A DNA stretch of 64,000 bases from Salisapilia sapeloensis CBS 127946 (GCA_023334545.1 JAADVB010000079.1:1-64000), one strand, 5' to 3'; counted from the stretch's first letter, positions 42,338 through 54,050 are shown. Program-made: numbers and translations. The notes: generated by a model not told the origin, from the sequence alone.

Positions 42338-44385
42338 TCATTGAATATAAAATTGGATTTGCACTCCAAGACGAGGCCCAAGAGCCATGGCAATTCCATT
42401 TTTCGTAGATCGGATACCCCCATCGGATACCGTATTGTCACTTGCTTGGATACCAGATACTTGTATCTGTCGTTGAAAGTTGTACAACAACTCGGTAAGT
42501 TCTTCAAAGCGTTGGCGCTCCGATTGTGTAGCGTGATGCATCAGATATTCGCCAGGTGTATATTGTTCCTTTGTCATGCTCGAGTTGCTAGATGATGTAT
42601 TATTAGCGCAAACGCTCTTATTCACTTTATCACAGCTTTCAACCAGTCTACATACAACATCAGCTTAGTAACCTACACGAATTTGCTCTTATCGACAAAT
42701 TCCTACTGGATAAATTCGTTATAGTTCACTTGAGCAGAGCCAAGGTCGTCACTTGTCGCCTTGAGAAACAAAGATATAATTTCATTAGCTTTCTCTTCTG
42801 ACATAGCGTCATCTTTCTTGAGCACACGCAGAAAAGCTATTTGGATATGTAACATACAATTAATTATGCACAAGAAGAAGGATCATCGTACCTCTTGCCG
42901 GTAAGAAGCCTGTCTTATGTGAGTAAAGTCGTACGTGTTGCCGAGTACAACGACGCTGGAGCGCTGTTGCCCAAGTACGAGCTGAAATATTTAAAGAACC
43001 AAGAATACTCCAAATCAATTCTCGAAGCTGACGTCTCGCGTGGTGCCTCTCAGGTTGCTGTCCGTATTGCCTAAATAAAAATGTAATATATGTCGCGACT
43101 ATAGATATATGTACATATAGATAGATAGACTTACTGCAAGAAAAGGTCGCAATCGATAAGCTGATCTTTTGTTTCTGGAAACCTAGACAAAATAGATTGA
43201 AGGATCGACGGCGGAACGTTCAGTTTGCATTGAACAAGTACTCGATGCATATCTACACGTGCTTAAACGTTACAATTGACATCAACATCAGAATCAACAA
43301 AGCGCGTCGACCTTTGGCGCTCAGTAGGCCGTCTGGACGAATTTGCTTGGCAAGTCCCAGGAAGTGCTCTGCACCAGTGTAGATTGAGCGGGGAGTCTCT
43401 TTGATTTCTGATCCGCCATCTTCGCTTGGAGTATATGACTGCTGTAGAAACGCTCTCAACTCTTTTTCTGCGACCAAAAAAGCACTTCCAAGATTGCTCT
43501 GTGAACCCTGACGATGAAGCGATGGCGAGTGCTGTTCGACTGGCATTTCGAAATCCGAGACATCGCTTTCAAACGTACAAAACATATTCAGCTGCATCCA
43601 TGCCGATGTAAGAGAAAGCTGTACAGCATATTAGATAGCCTCTACCTTGTCAATGTTAAGTAGCGTTTCTCCATCTTTCCTACCGCGAGTTCGTAAATGT
43701 GTGAGCACGCATTCAATTTCTTCTTTTGTTAAAGAGTCCTGTAGCTGGAAGAGAAACTCTGATATAAATAATTGTTCGTCTATATATCCATCCCGATTCG
43801 AGCTGTGTTGCTCCAATCTGTCTACCAAGTCATCAAGGGTTGCCTGGTTGCGACCACCACTTTGCAGCTTCCGACGGATGCTGTAAATATGTTCTTGATC
43901 TCGCTGTAGACGATCAATAGAATTTCGACGCTGATGACGCTTGCGAGGACTGCGGAGCTTCTTCCGACTTGGAGATACTAAAGTTTTTTTTGTCGGTGAC
44001 CGAATAGATCGACTGCTTCTGTGAGGCGACTTGCATGTCTGCAACCCGGTACAAAAGGCAGAGATATCAATTTGGAAATCAGACGTCTGATATCTCGAAA
44101 AAATCGATTGAAGTGGGCTATTGCATCGGTTTAATGGCATTTAAGAACATTTCACTACCAATAAGCAATAGATACATAGCTTGGAGTGTATGCGATGGCA
44201 AAAAGGTAGCGAGAATTTCCTCGACTTGGCTAGATGCATGCGACATACAGTTATTTGGAATGATTTTGACTATACATCAAAACGTACGTGATTGTTGCAT
44301 CTGTAGATTGCAGGGCACTCTGTAGCTCCTTTATATCTACTTTGGCTCGAGCAAGCGCGATACTTAAGGATGAAAGCTCTGTCAT
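42338..44385 (-). CDS. EF-hand-like repeat protein, at least 8 exons (44288-44385, 44176-44229, 43646-44117, 43312-43591, 43135-43252, 42892-43070, 42707-42836, 42338-42647); 3' end may extend further
   Basis: Seven GT-AG introns of 54-64 nt join all exons in phase into 546 aa. Helix-loop-helix segments include IDISAFCTGL, DGLLSAKDMHRVL...LIDCDLFL and AQVNYNEFIQL. An overlapping ORF (42049-42507) suggests more 3' exons. Confidence 0.7.
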
Positions 44386-44909
44386 CGTAAAAATCTTCTT
44401 TCGTGTACGGCGCCTTAAGCTGAGAAAAAGCGACCTTCAAGTATTGTAACGGATCGAATGTATGAACCAAACAAATATAAATCCTAGGAATACAACAAGT
44501 GCCGCTCATTTTCAGCTAAGCACAATACACTTATTCATTTAAGTGATGAACGAATACGTTTAAACCAAACGGTCAAGTTACCACAAGCGCTCAACCGTGA
44601 TTTTAGGCTGCAGCGTATGGTCTTGCCGATTTTTAGTAGGCTCCATGACTGGTAAGTAGAGGGACAACAAAATATCACCGATTATACATACTCATACCTA
44701 TTAAATCGAAGGTGATCGTCCTGTATGTTCGAACCGGTCTAGACTAGTCTCCATCGACTTTGGTCTAAATAGTTGGGAGAGCTACCGACAATAACCTTCG
44801 CGAGAAAGTTAATTTACATCGACCAGTTTATCCCTCTCGGTGACAATACGAAACTCACCATACGAACCAGGGGAAATTTATGCCAACATCATCGAACAGG
44901 GAACAAACT

Positions 44910-46295
44910 TTAATCCAAATCACTTGCACTAATGCGCTGATTATTTCCGAGGTCGTCTTCAAGATGCTCCTCTTTTCCTATCTTCTTTGCCATCTCTCCA
45001 ACCTCCTTTGCATTCCAGCCTTGTAAACCACTTTTTAACTCATCCCAGTGTTCAGCAAGCAGTGACGACGGACTGTCTTTGCGCATTGCAGAACTTGTCG
45101 AGGCAGAAGAAACTCGTATGTCCTGTCTGTCCACCGCATACGACATCGACAAGGATGACGCCATGCTTCTTTCGTCCTGGTTGTCGTCCCATGCGTATGT
45201 CTCCGAGCTAGAGAAGTTTGATCGATCGCATGGATACTGTGTCGAAGGTGAGGAAGATGTGCGTGAGCTTCTTGAGCTCCAATCACGAAATAGGTCAATC
45301 ATCATCGTCTGAGACGCGCTCTCGACTCTGTGAATACACTGGACACAAAAAATATGTTTCGAAGGTTTCTTAGACCCGGATGGAAGCTCAAAAATGTGTC
45401 GATGATGTCGACAACTTTTGCACACGACGCGATGGCAAGCTGCGCATGGCCTTAATTTGGTCAGTAACCTTGGCTTCCGTATACAAAGCCCACAAGTCTT
45501 CATGTCTGGGACAGCAACATCACAGCTCGTATCCAACAATTGCGCATACAGTTTCGCCCGACTGCATGCTAATGCCGAGAAATACATATTAACTCGAGTA
45601 CTCGCGAGATAGTCTACTAGCGGAAGTAGCATTGTGCCGCCACAATTGATGTCGAGCTTACCAAAGCTACCGACCCAGCCATTTTTCACTTCCCAAAACA
45701 ATGATGCCCGACTGAACTGTACACGCTCGAGTCCTTGACTCAAGTATGGCGGGTACTCTGGCAAATCGACGCTAAAGGTGATCGAATACGCGAAGAATGT
45801 ACCATGGTCGTCCCGTACCCATCCTAACGCGTCGTAGCATACCACATCACGATTGGAAATCATAAACGCCTGGCCTTCGTTCGCAATGTATTTGATACCG
45901 GAGAAGACAACCGCGTTGGAGCTTGGATTGCTCTCAAAGACATCGAGAACAGCAGCGTCGTGCCACGTAGATTCAGTCAACGCCAAACCAATCCGGAAGG
46001 ACTCGGTCGTATCAGTGAAGAGACCAGCGACCAAGTCTTCAACGTTCCCTGGTGCCAACCCGCTTGACAATAATCCTCGATCGCTTGAAGCTCCTCGACT
46101 TCGGTCTGAATAGACACAAAATGTCCCCTGCTTTCGCACAGATTTCCAACGACCATCGTGGTCGTTCAGTCGATGGAACTTGTGGTAATCTTGGAGAACC
46201 GTGTCCAACAAGTCACGTGCCTGTGCATCCAATTGATCTCGCACGTGAGGGTCGATTCTTGTAGGTAAAGGGGGCCACGATGCCGACTTACTCAT
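44910..46295 (-). CDS. START-like domain + degenerate FYVE-type zinc finger protein, copy B (paralog of 40144-41523)
   Basis: RWKSVRKQG...SGLAPGNVEDLVAGL and CGLC-CAAC-CKSC-CVQC. It ends RISASDLD where copy A ends RISASELD. Confidence 0.75.
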   Translation of the reverse strand: MSKSASWPPLPTRIDPHVRDQLDAQARDLLDTVLQDYHKFHRLNDHDGRWKSVRKQGTFCVYSDRSRGASSDRGLLSSGLAPGNVEDLVAGLFTDTTESFRIGLALTESTWHDAAVLDVFESNPSSNAVVFSGIKYIANEGQAFMISNRDVVCYDALGWVRDDHGTFFAYSITFSVDLPEYPPYLSQGLERVQFSRASLFWEVKNGWVGSFGKLDINCGGTMLLPLVDYLASTRVNMYFSALACSRAKLYAQLLDTSCDVAVPDMKTCGLCIRKPRLLTKLRPCAACHRVVCKSCRHHRHIFELPSGSKKPSKHIFCVQCIHRVESASQTMMIDLFRDWSSRSSRTSSSPSTQYPCDRSNFSSSETYAWDDNQDERSMASSLSMSYAVDRQDIRVSSASTSSAMRKDSPSSLLAEHWDELKSGLQGWNAKEVGEMAKKIGKEEHLEDDLGNNQRISASDLD

Positions 46296-47173
46296 CGCTT
46301 CGTAGAATCTGACGTAGGACGGATAAAGAATAGAAATGACGGAAAGAAGGTTAGGCTCAGAGATTTTCTGCGCATCTCGTCGTCGGTTCGGTCGGGAATA
46401 ACAGGAGATCGGGCTCTTGTGAACTATAGAAAAATTCATCCCATACGGCTCCTTTACTTGCCCTGTCGCCATTCCCACGCGTGCTTGTACGTAGCTAGCG
46501 TAACTTGAAGAGAAAGGTGCAGTCTCATGTTTTCAGTTACTTTTCTCGACCCACTTGTAGCTACGTGAAAGAAAGCCTGGATGCAAGTCCGGACCGTCGA
46601 CCACTTGGATACAGCACGCTAAGCTTTACGGTATCAAACTGGCTCGTACGCCGGTAGGTAGCGTTGCAGAATTGAGTAGAAAGGCGAAACGGAATTAATA
46701 TGGATAGATAGAAATCCGTCACGACAAGGATTATACGTCAAAGCTCAGATTGAGAGTCGACTGAGATCTCACACTTACTAGTTGAATCGTTTCTACTACC
46801 GTTGAGATCATTACTTTCTTCTTAGTCAGAGAGACGAGTCTGGCGCAACTTGATTTATGCTCTCTACTCCACGAGCACACGTGGGGAAAGCATGCTTCAA
46901 GCGCACAGCTGACTTCAAAAGTAACCTTATGAAAGAGTTTACATCAAATAAGAGCACTTCGATCTAAACATGCACTTCTCTTATACACACAGGGCTAGAT
47001 AGACAAAGACACGAATGAAAAGCTCATTAATCAGTGCGATCCATGCATGTTGTATCCACGTACGTAGTCACCTGAACAATGGTACCGTCTCATGTGACAA
47101 ATGGAGCGAGCACCACTCGATCAGGACAATCGTCACTTTAGCTCCATCTTCATAAGCTGCACGTAGCGCAAAT

Positions 47174-48676
47174 ATGCTGTCTCAAACAGCCACGTACTTG
47201 GCCATGATCTTGACGGTGGCAGCTATCGCCGTTTATGCTATTGTCGTGAGCAGAAAGCTAGGTGTCGATTCCGTCACCACCTTTTTCAGGTACTGTTCTA
47301 TTCATTCTACCTCTGCATTGTCATCAATTCATTAAGTCGCCGACAGTGCCAAGAACTCGACGGATGCCTTCCGTCTTGCCTGGTGCTTCTTTGCATCCGG
47401 CATGGGCTCCTGGACACTCTTCTCGTTCCCTGAAATCGGTGTCCTCGCTGGGTCATGGGGAGTCATCGGCTACACGTTATCCGGCATCATCGGTATGGTC
47501 GTCATCGCACTCGTTGGTCCTTATAGCCGCAAGTTCCTCGGCGACGGTGTCACTCTCACCGACTATCTATACAACCGTTTCGGTCGCGTCATGCAAATGT
47601 ACGTCGCCGCCGTCTCCATCTTCTACCAATTCATCTCGCTCGCTTCTGAGCTCACGTCCGTCGGTGACCTCGCGTCCATCCTTACGCCAGGCGCCCATCC
47701 CGTGGTACCAATCGTTGGTGTCGCTGTCATCACGAACATCTACTTGGCCATCGGAGGTCTGCGAGCGTCCATGGCGACGGACGTCTGGCAAGCCATGGGT
47801 GTCCTCGCGCTCGTCCTACTCGTGTGCGTCGTCATGTTCGTCTCTGTAGATATCCCTGACAATGCGTGGGAAGAAACGAACGTCGCGGCCTTCACCGTAA
47901 ACGGCTTCGAAGCACTCGTCACTCTGTGCATCGCCGTAGGTGCGTCCAACCTCTTCTTCACCGGATACTGGCAGCGAGTGTTCGCTGCTCAGACCGATGC
48001 GACGCTACACCGAGCCTGCATATACGCCAGTTGCATGATCATTCCCTTTACTGTTGCCCTCGCCATCGCCGGTATGGTCTCCTACCTCGTCCACCCGGAC
48101 GGCACATACTTCTTTTCGATCCTATTCGACCTCGGGCGTGCGTGGCAAGTCGTCATCGCGGTCGTCATTGCGTCCGTGGCGTCCAGCGTCTCGGATAGCC
48201 TGCAAATGGGCATGGCGGCAGAGCTCGTCACGAACTTCCCGCAGCTCTCCCTCTTGCACGCCCGCCTCGTCTGCGTGCTACTAACGATACCAGCTATTTT
48301 CATCGCGCTGGAACACTATGACATTATTAATCTGTTCCTCATCGCTGATGTCCTGTGCACCGCCACGGTTGGACCCATGGTGCTGGCCGCGTGGCCGCGT
48401 GCCACGTCTCTGGGTGCCATCTCTGGCTGCATCTCCGGGTTACTGACGATCTTTATCTGCGGGTGCGTGGTCCGCGGTTCCTTTGTCGGTGGCTTCGAGT
48501 GGTTCATCCTGCCGGAAGGACTGTATTCGCAGAACAGTATGATCACGTTCATCCTCGCACTCTTCGTGCCTATCCTCACGACTATCGGCGTTTCGCTCAT
48601 GAAGCCGGACAAGGCCCAACGGATGGAACAAGAGACCTACGCGTTGACGCATACGCCGATGACAATGGCGGCGTAA
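47174..48676 (+). CDS. Sodium:solute symporter (SSS) family transporter; 2 exons (47174-47289, 47347-48676), 481 aa
   Basis: A 57-nt GTACTG...GACAG intron gives TFFSAKN. Motifs ASGMGSWTLFSFPE, TLTDYLYNRFG, IGGLRASMATDVWQ and YWQRVFAA. About 13 TM segments. Confidence 0.88.
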
Positions 48677-48745
48677 GACCAGCGTTTACATGGAGTTATG
48701 GCAATGAAAATGAACTTGCTTTGTTGTGATTTACTCTTTCCCTAC

Positions 48746-49660
48746 TTAATAAGCTCGCGGCCATGCCTTCTTGTTCTCACTGACAAATTCATCAAAGGAT
48801 CGTAACGGACGCTCGAGCAGTTGCTCCAAAGTGTCCGTCACCTCGGCATCCGCACCACTGTCGTACGCCTTCGCGGTGCCTAGTTCAGCTGCAATCGCGT
48901 CTGGATCCGCGCCTTTGATCCACATCGATGGCTGCACCGCCCATGTGGGGAAGTATGAGTAGCGAACGGGATCGCCAATGCCATCGGACAGGACCTGCGT
49001 CATGTCCTGGAAGCGAAGTGCTTGCGGCCCCGTGAGCTTGTAGATCTTTTCGTCGCTCTCGCCATTCAACAGCTTGGCGATGGCGTCCGAGACGTCCGTG
49101 GCGTCGACGAGTGCAGCGCGGCCGCTTTTCACGGACACGGACAGTGTTCGCCCACACACCATGTCGTGCCACTTCCCGTAAAGGAAGGATTGCATTAAAG
49201 TAGATGGACGCACGATACAACTCTGAACTTTACTACTTTGTAATTGCTGTTCCAGCTCCCAATGGCTGCGTCCGAAAGCCACGCCAGCTTGCTCGCGGAC
49301 GAAACCTGAGGGTGGTGACACTTTCAGCATGCGATTGAGACCGACCTCTTCGGCCGCTCGGATCAAGTTCGACTCGACAGAATGAAAGTGTCCGTTAGCG
49401 ACGCTAGTGGATAGCACTGCCCCATCACAGCCTTCAAGCGCCTTTGCTACTTCTCCCGGTTTGCTATAATCCACGATGAATTCGTTCTTATCCAACACGT
49501 TGGCCGGAAACTCGCGCGCGAGTTCTCGTGCCTTGGCACGTTCATCTGCGGTAGAAGTGGAAGAAACGCCGATACGAAAGGAGATACCTTCCTGAACGCC
49601 AGAGGCCAATATGTACTTGTTTAAGAACGCATGACGTGTAGCTGGTAGTAAGAATCGCAT
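48746..49660 (-). CDS. NmrA-like atypical SDR / NAD(P)-binding Rossmann-fold protein, 304 aa
   Basis: VDYSKPGEVAKALEGCDGAVL, NLIRAAEEVG, HWELEQQL, CIVRPSTLMQ, ALVDATDVSDA, YKLTGPQALRF and LLERPLRSFDEF. Confidence 0.85.
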   Translation of the reverse strand: MRFLLPATRHAFLNKYILASGVQEGISFRIGVSSTSTADERAKARELAREFPANVLDKNEFIVDYSKPGEVAKALEGCDGAVLSTSVANGHFHSVESNLIRAAEEVGLNRMLKVSPPSGFVREQAGVAFGRSHWELEQQLQSSKVQSCIVRPSTLMQSFLYGKWHDMVCGRTLSVSVKSGRAALVDATDVSDAIAKLLNGESDEKIYKLTGPQALRFQDMTQVLSDGIGDPVRYSYFPTWAVQPSMWIKGADPDAIAAELGTAKAYDSGADAEVTDTLEQLLERPLRSFDEFVSENKKAWPRAY

Positions 49661-49785
49661 CTTTGTTCGAATCGTTCTTCTCTCTTTTTGAAGTTAGCAA
49701 TCTTAGACAGCCACGAGATCTGGGTGTCCATTGTCTACCAAGTCGACGTATTCGACTAGATGAAACTTACACCAAGAGTGACTCT

Positions 49786-49791
49786 TCATTC
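49786..49791 (+). promoter_or_regulatory. Possible oomycete initiator (Inr)-like TCATTC upstream of the DNAI4-like ATG
   Basis: TCATTC lies about 40 nt 5' of the ATG at 49827, inside a 166-nt divergent intergenic region. A short motif like this can occur by chance. Confidence 0.3.
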
Positions 49792-49826
49792 TATCTAAAC
49801 TCTACTTTTATCGTTTCTAAAGGACC

Positions 49827-52800
49827 ATGAGCGCGCCGTCGTCTCGGAATATATCGAAAATGAACACGAGCGCCTCTCGTAATACTCGTCGAGACATCAG
49901 TGCTTCACGGTCAAGAGTGTTCGGTGCGTCGTCTCTGTCGAATTCCAGTCGACTTAAAGTCCCAGGTGGCGCATCCGGTGCAGGAGATGCCAAATCCAAA
50001 CGGATATTCGTGGATGGTGTGGATGTGACGCCCCAATCTCTACTTTTAAGTCGCATTAAGCCGTCCTATTCGACAGCTCCGCGACGGCAGAAAGGAAAAG
50101 GAGATAGCCGATATTCAAATCGTTCGAAAGCCCAGTTTGGTGGGAGCGGAGTTCCTGGGGCAAGCATGGCCTTGAGTAATATGTCCTCCACTTCCATTGA
50201 ATATGACTCTGCAGAGGATGATCCTGTCTCCGCCAGGAGCGGTGCTGGATCCAACGCCTCAGCGTTGGGGCCGATCTCAAATAAGCAGGAAGTGCCTTTG
50301 AAGGAGGAGCCATTGCCGTCAAAAGCCATTCTCCAAGACAAGCACAATTTGGAAGAAGAGGACGAGGATAAGGAGGTTGTGCCAACTGCCGACAAGGATG
50401 ATCTTGCAACCGCAAAAGCGTCCGAAGGTGGACGTTTGTCTACCGTCGAGAAGACCGTCGTTCAAGCCGTAGCGAGGCAGCCTATCACAATTCGATTAGA
50501 GGAATCGCCAACGGAAATGCTCTTCGAGCTCCTAAGTGTCTGTGTCAATCAGGAAGTAAATACACGATGCCAGGCCGTCACACTTCGCAATAAGAGGTAT
50601 ACAGAGCTATGTGAATCAAAGAAGGGAAGTGACAAGTACATCTTCGGGTCCAGTCAGACGATACAGCTAGCGCACAAGTCCAAGGAGGTCATGACGGCTC
50701 CTCCAGCAACAAGAGACGTCGCAAGTATCGCTACGGATTGGGACATATACGATTGTGCATCAACTGAGGAAGACACTACAGTCGACCGGGATGAAGTGCA
50801 GTCAGCTGAAAGAACAAGTGCTCGGAAAGGAGACACAAGAGAGTCGGATCCAGCTGACAGACACATCCAGCATCAAGTGGAAGAGATTGTCGAAGCAGCA
50901 CTTGTGTCTCCTGGATGTGTACTCGACTTGGACCGTGACATCGTGGAAGACCTCAAAGCTCGCCAACGACAACGACGATCCAAGCATAAAAAAAGACCCT
51001 CCAACCCATTCCATTCAGGCGCTCTTTCGTCCAACTTAAGTCAAAAGACAAGGATCGTGCATAGCAAGCAAGACATTGGGCGGTCCTCTGCGAATCCGTT
51101 TTCCACTTCCAACTCTTCCATGGTCTCTCCATCTCAAAGTGGAGCGAGCATGTCCTTGACTGCGTCACAAGATGTCAATGGCATTGGTGATAGTGGAAAT
51201 TCGATCACCCACGGTGCGAGTCAGATGGGTTTCAGTACCACCTCCCAATCCAAACTCAGCGCCGGTAGTAGTGGCGATGGCATGCACACAAACGCTTATG
51301 CTCGAGCTAACACGAATGTGGACATCCAGGAGATTGTATCACAGCAACGCACGGCCAAGGTGCTTGAATCGGACTCTCTCTTACGTACACTTCAAATTGT
51401 AGAGCGAGCGGTCCAACAGAACGTATATCATCGAGAACACTTGCTATATCGTGACCTGCCGTTCCTAGAAAATGAAAATGAAAAGCCTAGAATGTTGACG
51501 AAAGTTGCGTCTCAGCATAGTCTACACGAAGAATCTGACGGTAGTGTGGAAGAAGCTGGTGACACGCCCGTGCTGGAAACGCTGTGGAGCTTTAAGTGTG
51601 AGCTGACAACGGGATATGCTGTTTCCTCGTTTGCATGGAATAGCGCGAATCCAGATTTGCTGGCAGTCGCCTATTCTCGAGGCAATCTGTTGCGCCCAAC
51701 AAACAAGCCTCAGCAAAATCCTACGGCGACTGAGGCGGTATCCAAGCAGAGCGGACTCGTCCTCTTCTGGTCATTAAAGAATCCTGAATTCCCCGAACGC
51801 GTCTATCATTTTCCCACCGTCGGTATCTCCTCAATTGACTTTGGTAAGTCGAGTCCAAACTTACTTGCTGTCGGACGTGCTGATGGCGTTGTCGCCATCT
51901 ACGACACTCGGAAGATTGAGACTTCCAGTGATTCAAAGAAAGAAAACGCGAGCAGTGAAGAGGCTACAACCAATGCACTTCCAATCGCCACTTCTGTCGC
52001 CACGAGTGAAATGTCCAGTGGACAGCACTTGGATGCAGTGTGGCAAGTGCGGTGGACGAATAAAGGAGCTGATAGAGCAGAAAATGTCGTGAGTATCTCG
52101 AGTGATGGACGAGTGACAGAGTGGAGTTTAAAAAAGGGGCTCACTTGCAGTGACTTGATGACACTCAAGCGCGTTCCGAACCAACTCCTAGGGTCTGATG
52201 CATGCGCGGATGGTGTCATATCGAGGCAAGCGAGTGGAAGTTGTATTGACTTTTCGCCGTCAGACACGTCCATCTACTACGTCGGGACAGAGCACGGACT
52301 CATCCACAAATGCTCCATGTCGTACAGTGAGCAGTATCTGAACAACTACTTTGGCCATACCGGACCCGTATACCAGCTCCTTGTCTCTCCTTTTTCAAGC
52401 GATTATTTTTTATCTTGTGCAGGCGACTGGGATGTCAAGATGTGGCACCAGAAAAAAACGAACGAGATTTTAAACTTCCGATCCGTCGGAAGTGCCCATG
52501 CTGTGCATAGCATTGCCTGGAGTCCAACGAATGCTACGATCTTTGCAGCCGTTTCGAAAGATGCACGCATTGAAATTTGGGATCTTGCACACTCGGTTCT
52601 TGATCCTATCATCACTCATTTCCCAAAGCAAATAAGTTCCTCAAAGCACCGTTTCACCTCAACAAATAGCATCGATAATGAGATACCTAGAACGCCAGAG
52701 AGCTTGTCGACGGATGACCTGATGGAGGACAATGCAGCCGAAAATCCCATGGAAAACCCGACAGAGTTCAATCAAATACCCGAAGGTGCGATAGCAGGAG

Positions 52801-52982
52801 GCTCGTTGGAATGCACGAAAGTGACCTTTGCTCCCGCAGCACCGGTCATTGTAGTCGGTGACTCACATGGCGAAATTACAGTATATCGTGTACCCTCCTT
52901 GTCCGGGGAGCACAGCGCAAGTCGAGAGGAGCAGCTCGTGCGCTTACAACGTGCAATTGACTCCACGAAACATGAACAATAA
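49827..52982 (+). CDS. DNAI4: Axonemal dynein intermediate chain, WDR78/IC138 type (inner arm I1/f), 1051 aa, no introns
   Basis: WD40 region with FAWNSANPDLLAVAY, FWSLKNPEFPER, HLDAVWQVRW, VSISSDGRVTEW and GTEHGLIHKCSMSYSEQYLNNYFGHTGPVY...FLSCAGDW. This is closer to DNAI4 than to DNAI1 as I recall them. Confidence 0.85.
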   Translation: MSAPSSRNISKMNTSASRNTRRDISASRSRVFGASSLSNSSRLKVPGGASGAGDAKSKRIFVDGVDVTPQSLLLSRIKPSYSTAPRRQKGKGDSRYSNRSKAQFGGSGVPGASMALSNMSSTSIEYDSAEDDPVSARSGAGSNASALGPISNKQEVPLKEEPLPSKAILQDKHNLEEEDEDKEVVPTADKDDLATAKASEGGRLSTVEKTVVQAVARQPITIRLEESPTEMLFELLSVCVNQEVNTRCQAVTLRNKRYTELCESKKGSDKYIFGSSQTIQLAHKSKEVMTAPPATRDVASIATDWDIYDCASTEEDTTVDRDEVQSAERTSARKGDTRESDPADRHIQHQVEEIVEAALVSPGCVLDLDRDIVEDLKARQRQRRSKHKKRPSNPFHSGALSSNLSQKTRIVHSKQDIGRSSANPFSTSNSSMVSPSQSGASMSLTASQDVNGIGDSGNSITHGASQMGFSTTSQSKLSAGSSGDGMHTNAYARANTNVDIQEIVSQQRTAKVLESDSLLRTLQIVERAVQQNVYHREHLLYRDLPFLENENEKPRMLTKVASQHSLHEESDGSVEEAGDTPVLETLWSFKCELTTGYAVSSFAWNSANPDLLAVAYSRGNLLRPTNKPQQNPTATEAVSKQSGLVLFWSLKNPEFPERVYHFPTVGISSIDFGKSSPNLLAVGRADGVVAIYDTRKIETSSDSKKENASSEEATTNALPIATSVATSEMSSGQHLDAVWQVRWTNKGADRAENVVSISSDGRVTEWSLKKGLTCSDLMTLKRVPNQLLGSDACADGVISRQASGSCIDFSPSDTSIYYVGTEHGLIHKCSMSYSEQYLNNYFGHTGPVYQLLVSPFSSDYFLSCAGDWDVKMWHQKKTNEILNFRSVGSAHAVHSIAWSPTNATIFAAVSKDARIEIWDLAHSVLDPIITHFPKQISSSKHRFTSTNSIDNEIPRTPESLSTDDLMEDNAAENPMENPTEFNQIPEGAIAGGSLECTKVTFAPAAPVIVVGDSHGEITVYRVPSLSGEHSASREEQLVRLQRAIDSTKHEQ

Positions 52983-54050
52983 CCATTCTATCACATACCC
53001 CATGTTTACTTTATTTTATGCGCAAGTATATCTTTCTAGGCCTGGCTATTCGTCGCGATGAAGGAAGGATCAGTACACTATAATGCTAGTAGAGTAATTC
53101 CGAGTTTTGATTTTTTGTCGATTTCTATATGTCATCGTTTGACAAGTATCACTCCGCGATATGCGTCTCCAGAGGTGATTTTTTTCGAAATGAAAAGATC
53201 TATTACATAGGTGCTTATCTACAAGTCTAAATAAGTGAACGTTAATAGCCGCTGGGAGCTACTGGAAGTAATCCAAACAACATCCGACAAACAGGACACG
53301 GCCGAGCTAAGTAGTGGACTGAATGGAATCAGGTATACCCAGTGGGCGCTACCGGTGCCAGTGTCTTACCTCATTCTAAAGTAAGGTCTGAATGGCAGCA
53401 AGTTCAGATCTTGAGTCAGTAGTGAGCGTTCCAAGCTTCTTTTAGTATCTATTGCGATGTTGACTGCATGATCCGCTTTTTTATCGAAGGCACGAAGATG
53501 ATGCATCCAGGGGAGCACAGGCACTGATAATATGGCTGTTTGAGACGCGAAGGCTTTGGTGCCACCGACGTTTAAGCTGGCGAAGAATAATCTCGCTGTC
53601 GCCGACAACGTGTATGGTGTAGTTGAAGTGTCTTAGCCGCTTTTAGTTCAGTTAATAGGCCGCGGCTGACTGACAGGTACATACGTCCTAGATACTCAAG
53701 CTGAATCAAAAATAGCAAATTAATCAAAATCTATCTTAAGCATAATTCTAGTTCGCTTAAATTGAGATCTACATCAATTCGTTGAAAACATGCGAGGGTG
53801 GTTAGCTTGAGCTCCTTATCATAAGGATCGGATGAAACTCTTGTACTGTGTTTTTAAGTGCGCTACAACATAGTTAAGGCTAAAAATAATCTAATGCATG
53901 CGATCGAATCAAAACCACCAAAAACGGATGCAATTGTGCACTCTTCGAGCGTCAGTTCCCAGAGAGTGTAAGAAAATCTTGAAAATACAAGCGTAAATCA
54001 TCCAACCTACGCACGCATCAATTGTTACGCTGATCTCACGCGAAGCTATC

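Noticed and set aside
44727-44735. GTTCGAACC, a tRNA T-loop/B-box-like motif
   Set aside because: No acceptor stem, D-arm or anticodon arm around it.
503-52982. Dozens of 60-225 aa ORFs overlapping the large genes on the opposite strand or in other frames (e.g. 12296-12802, 22434-23111, 24627-25229, 47262-47849)
   Set aside because: They are shadow ORFs of real coding regions, most frequent where GC3 is high, and have no motifs.
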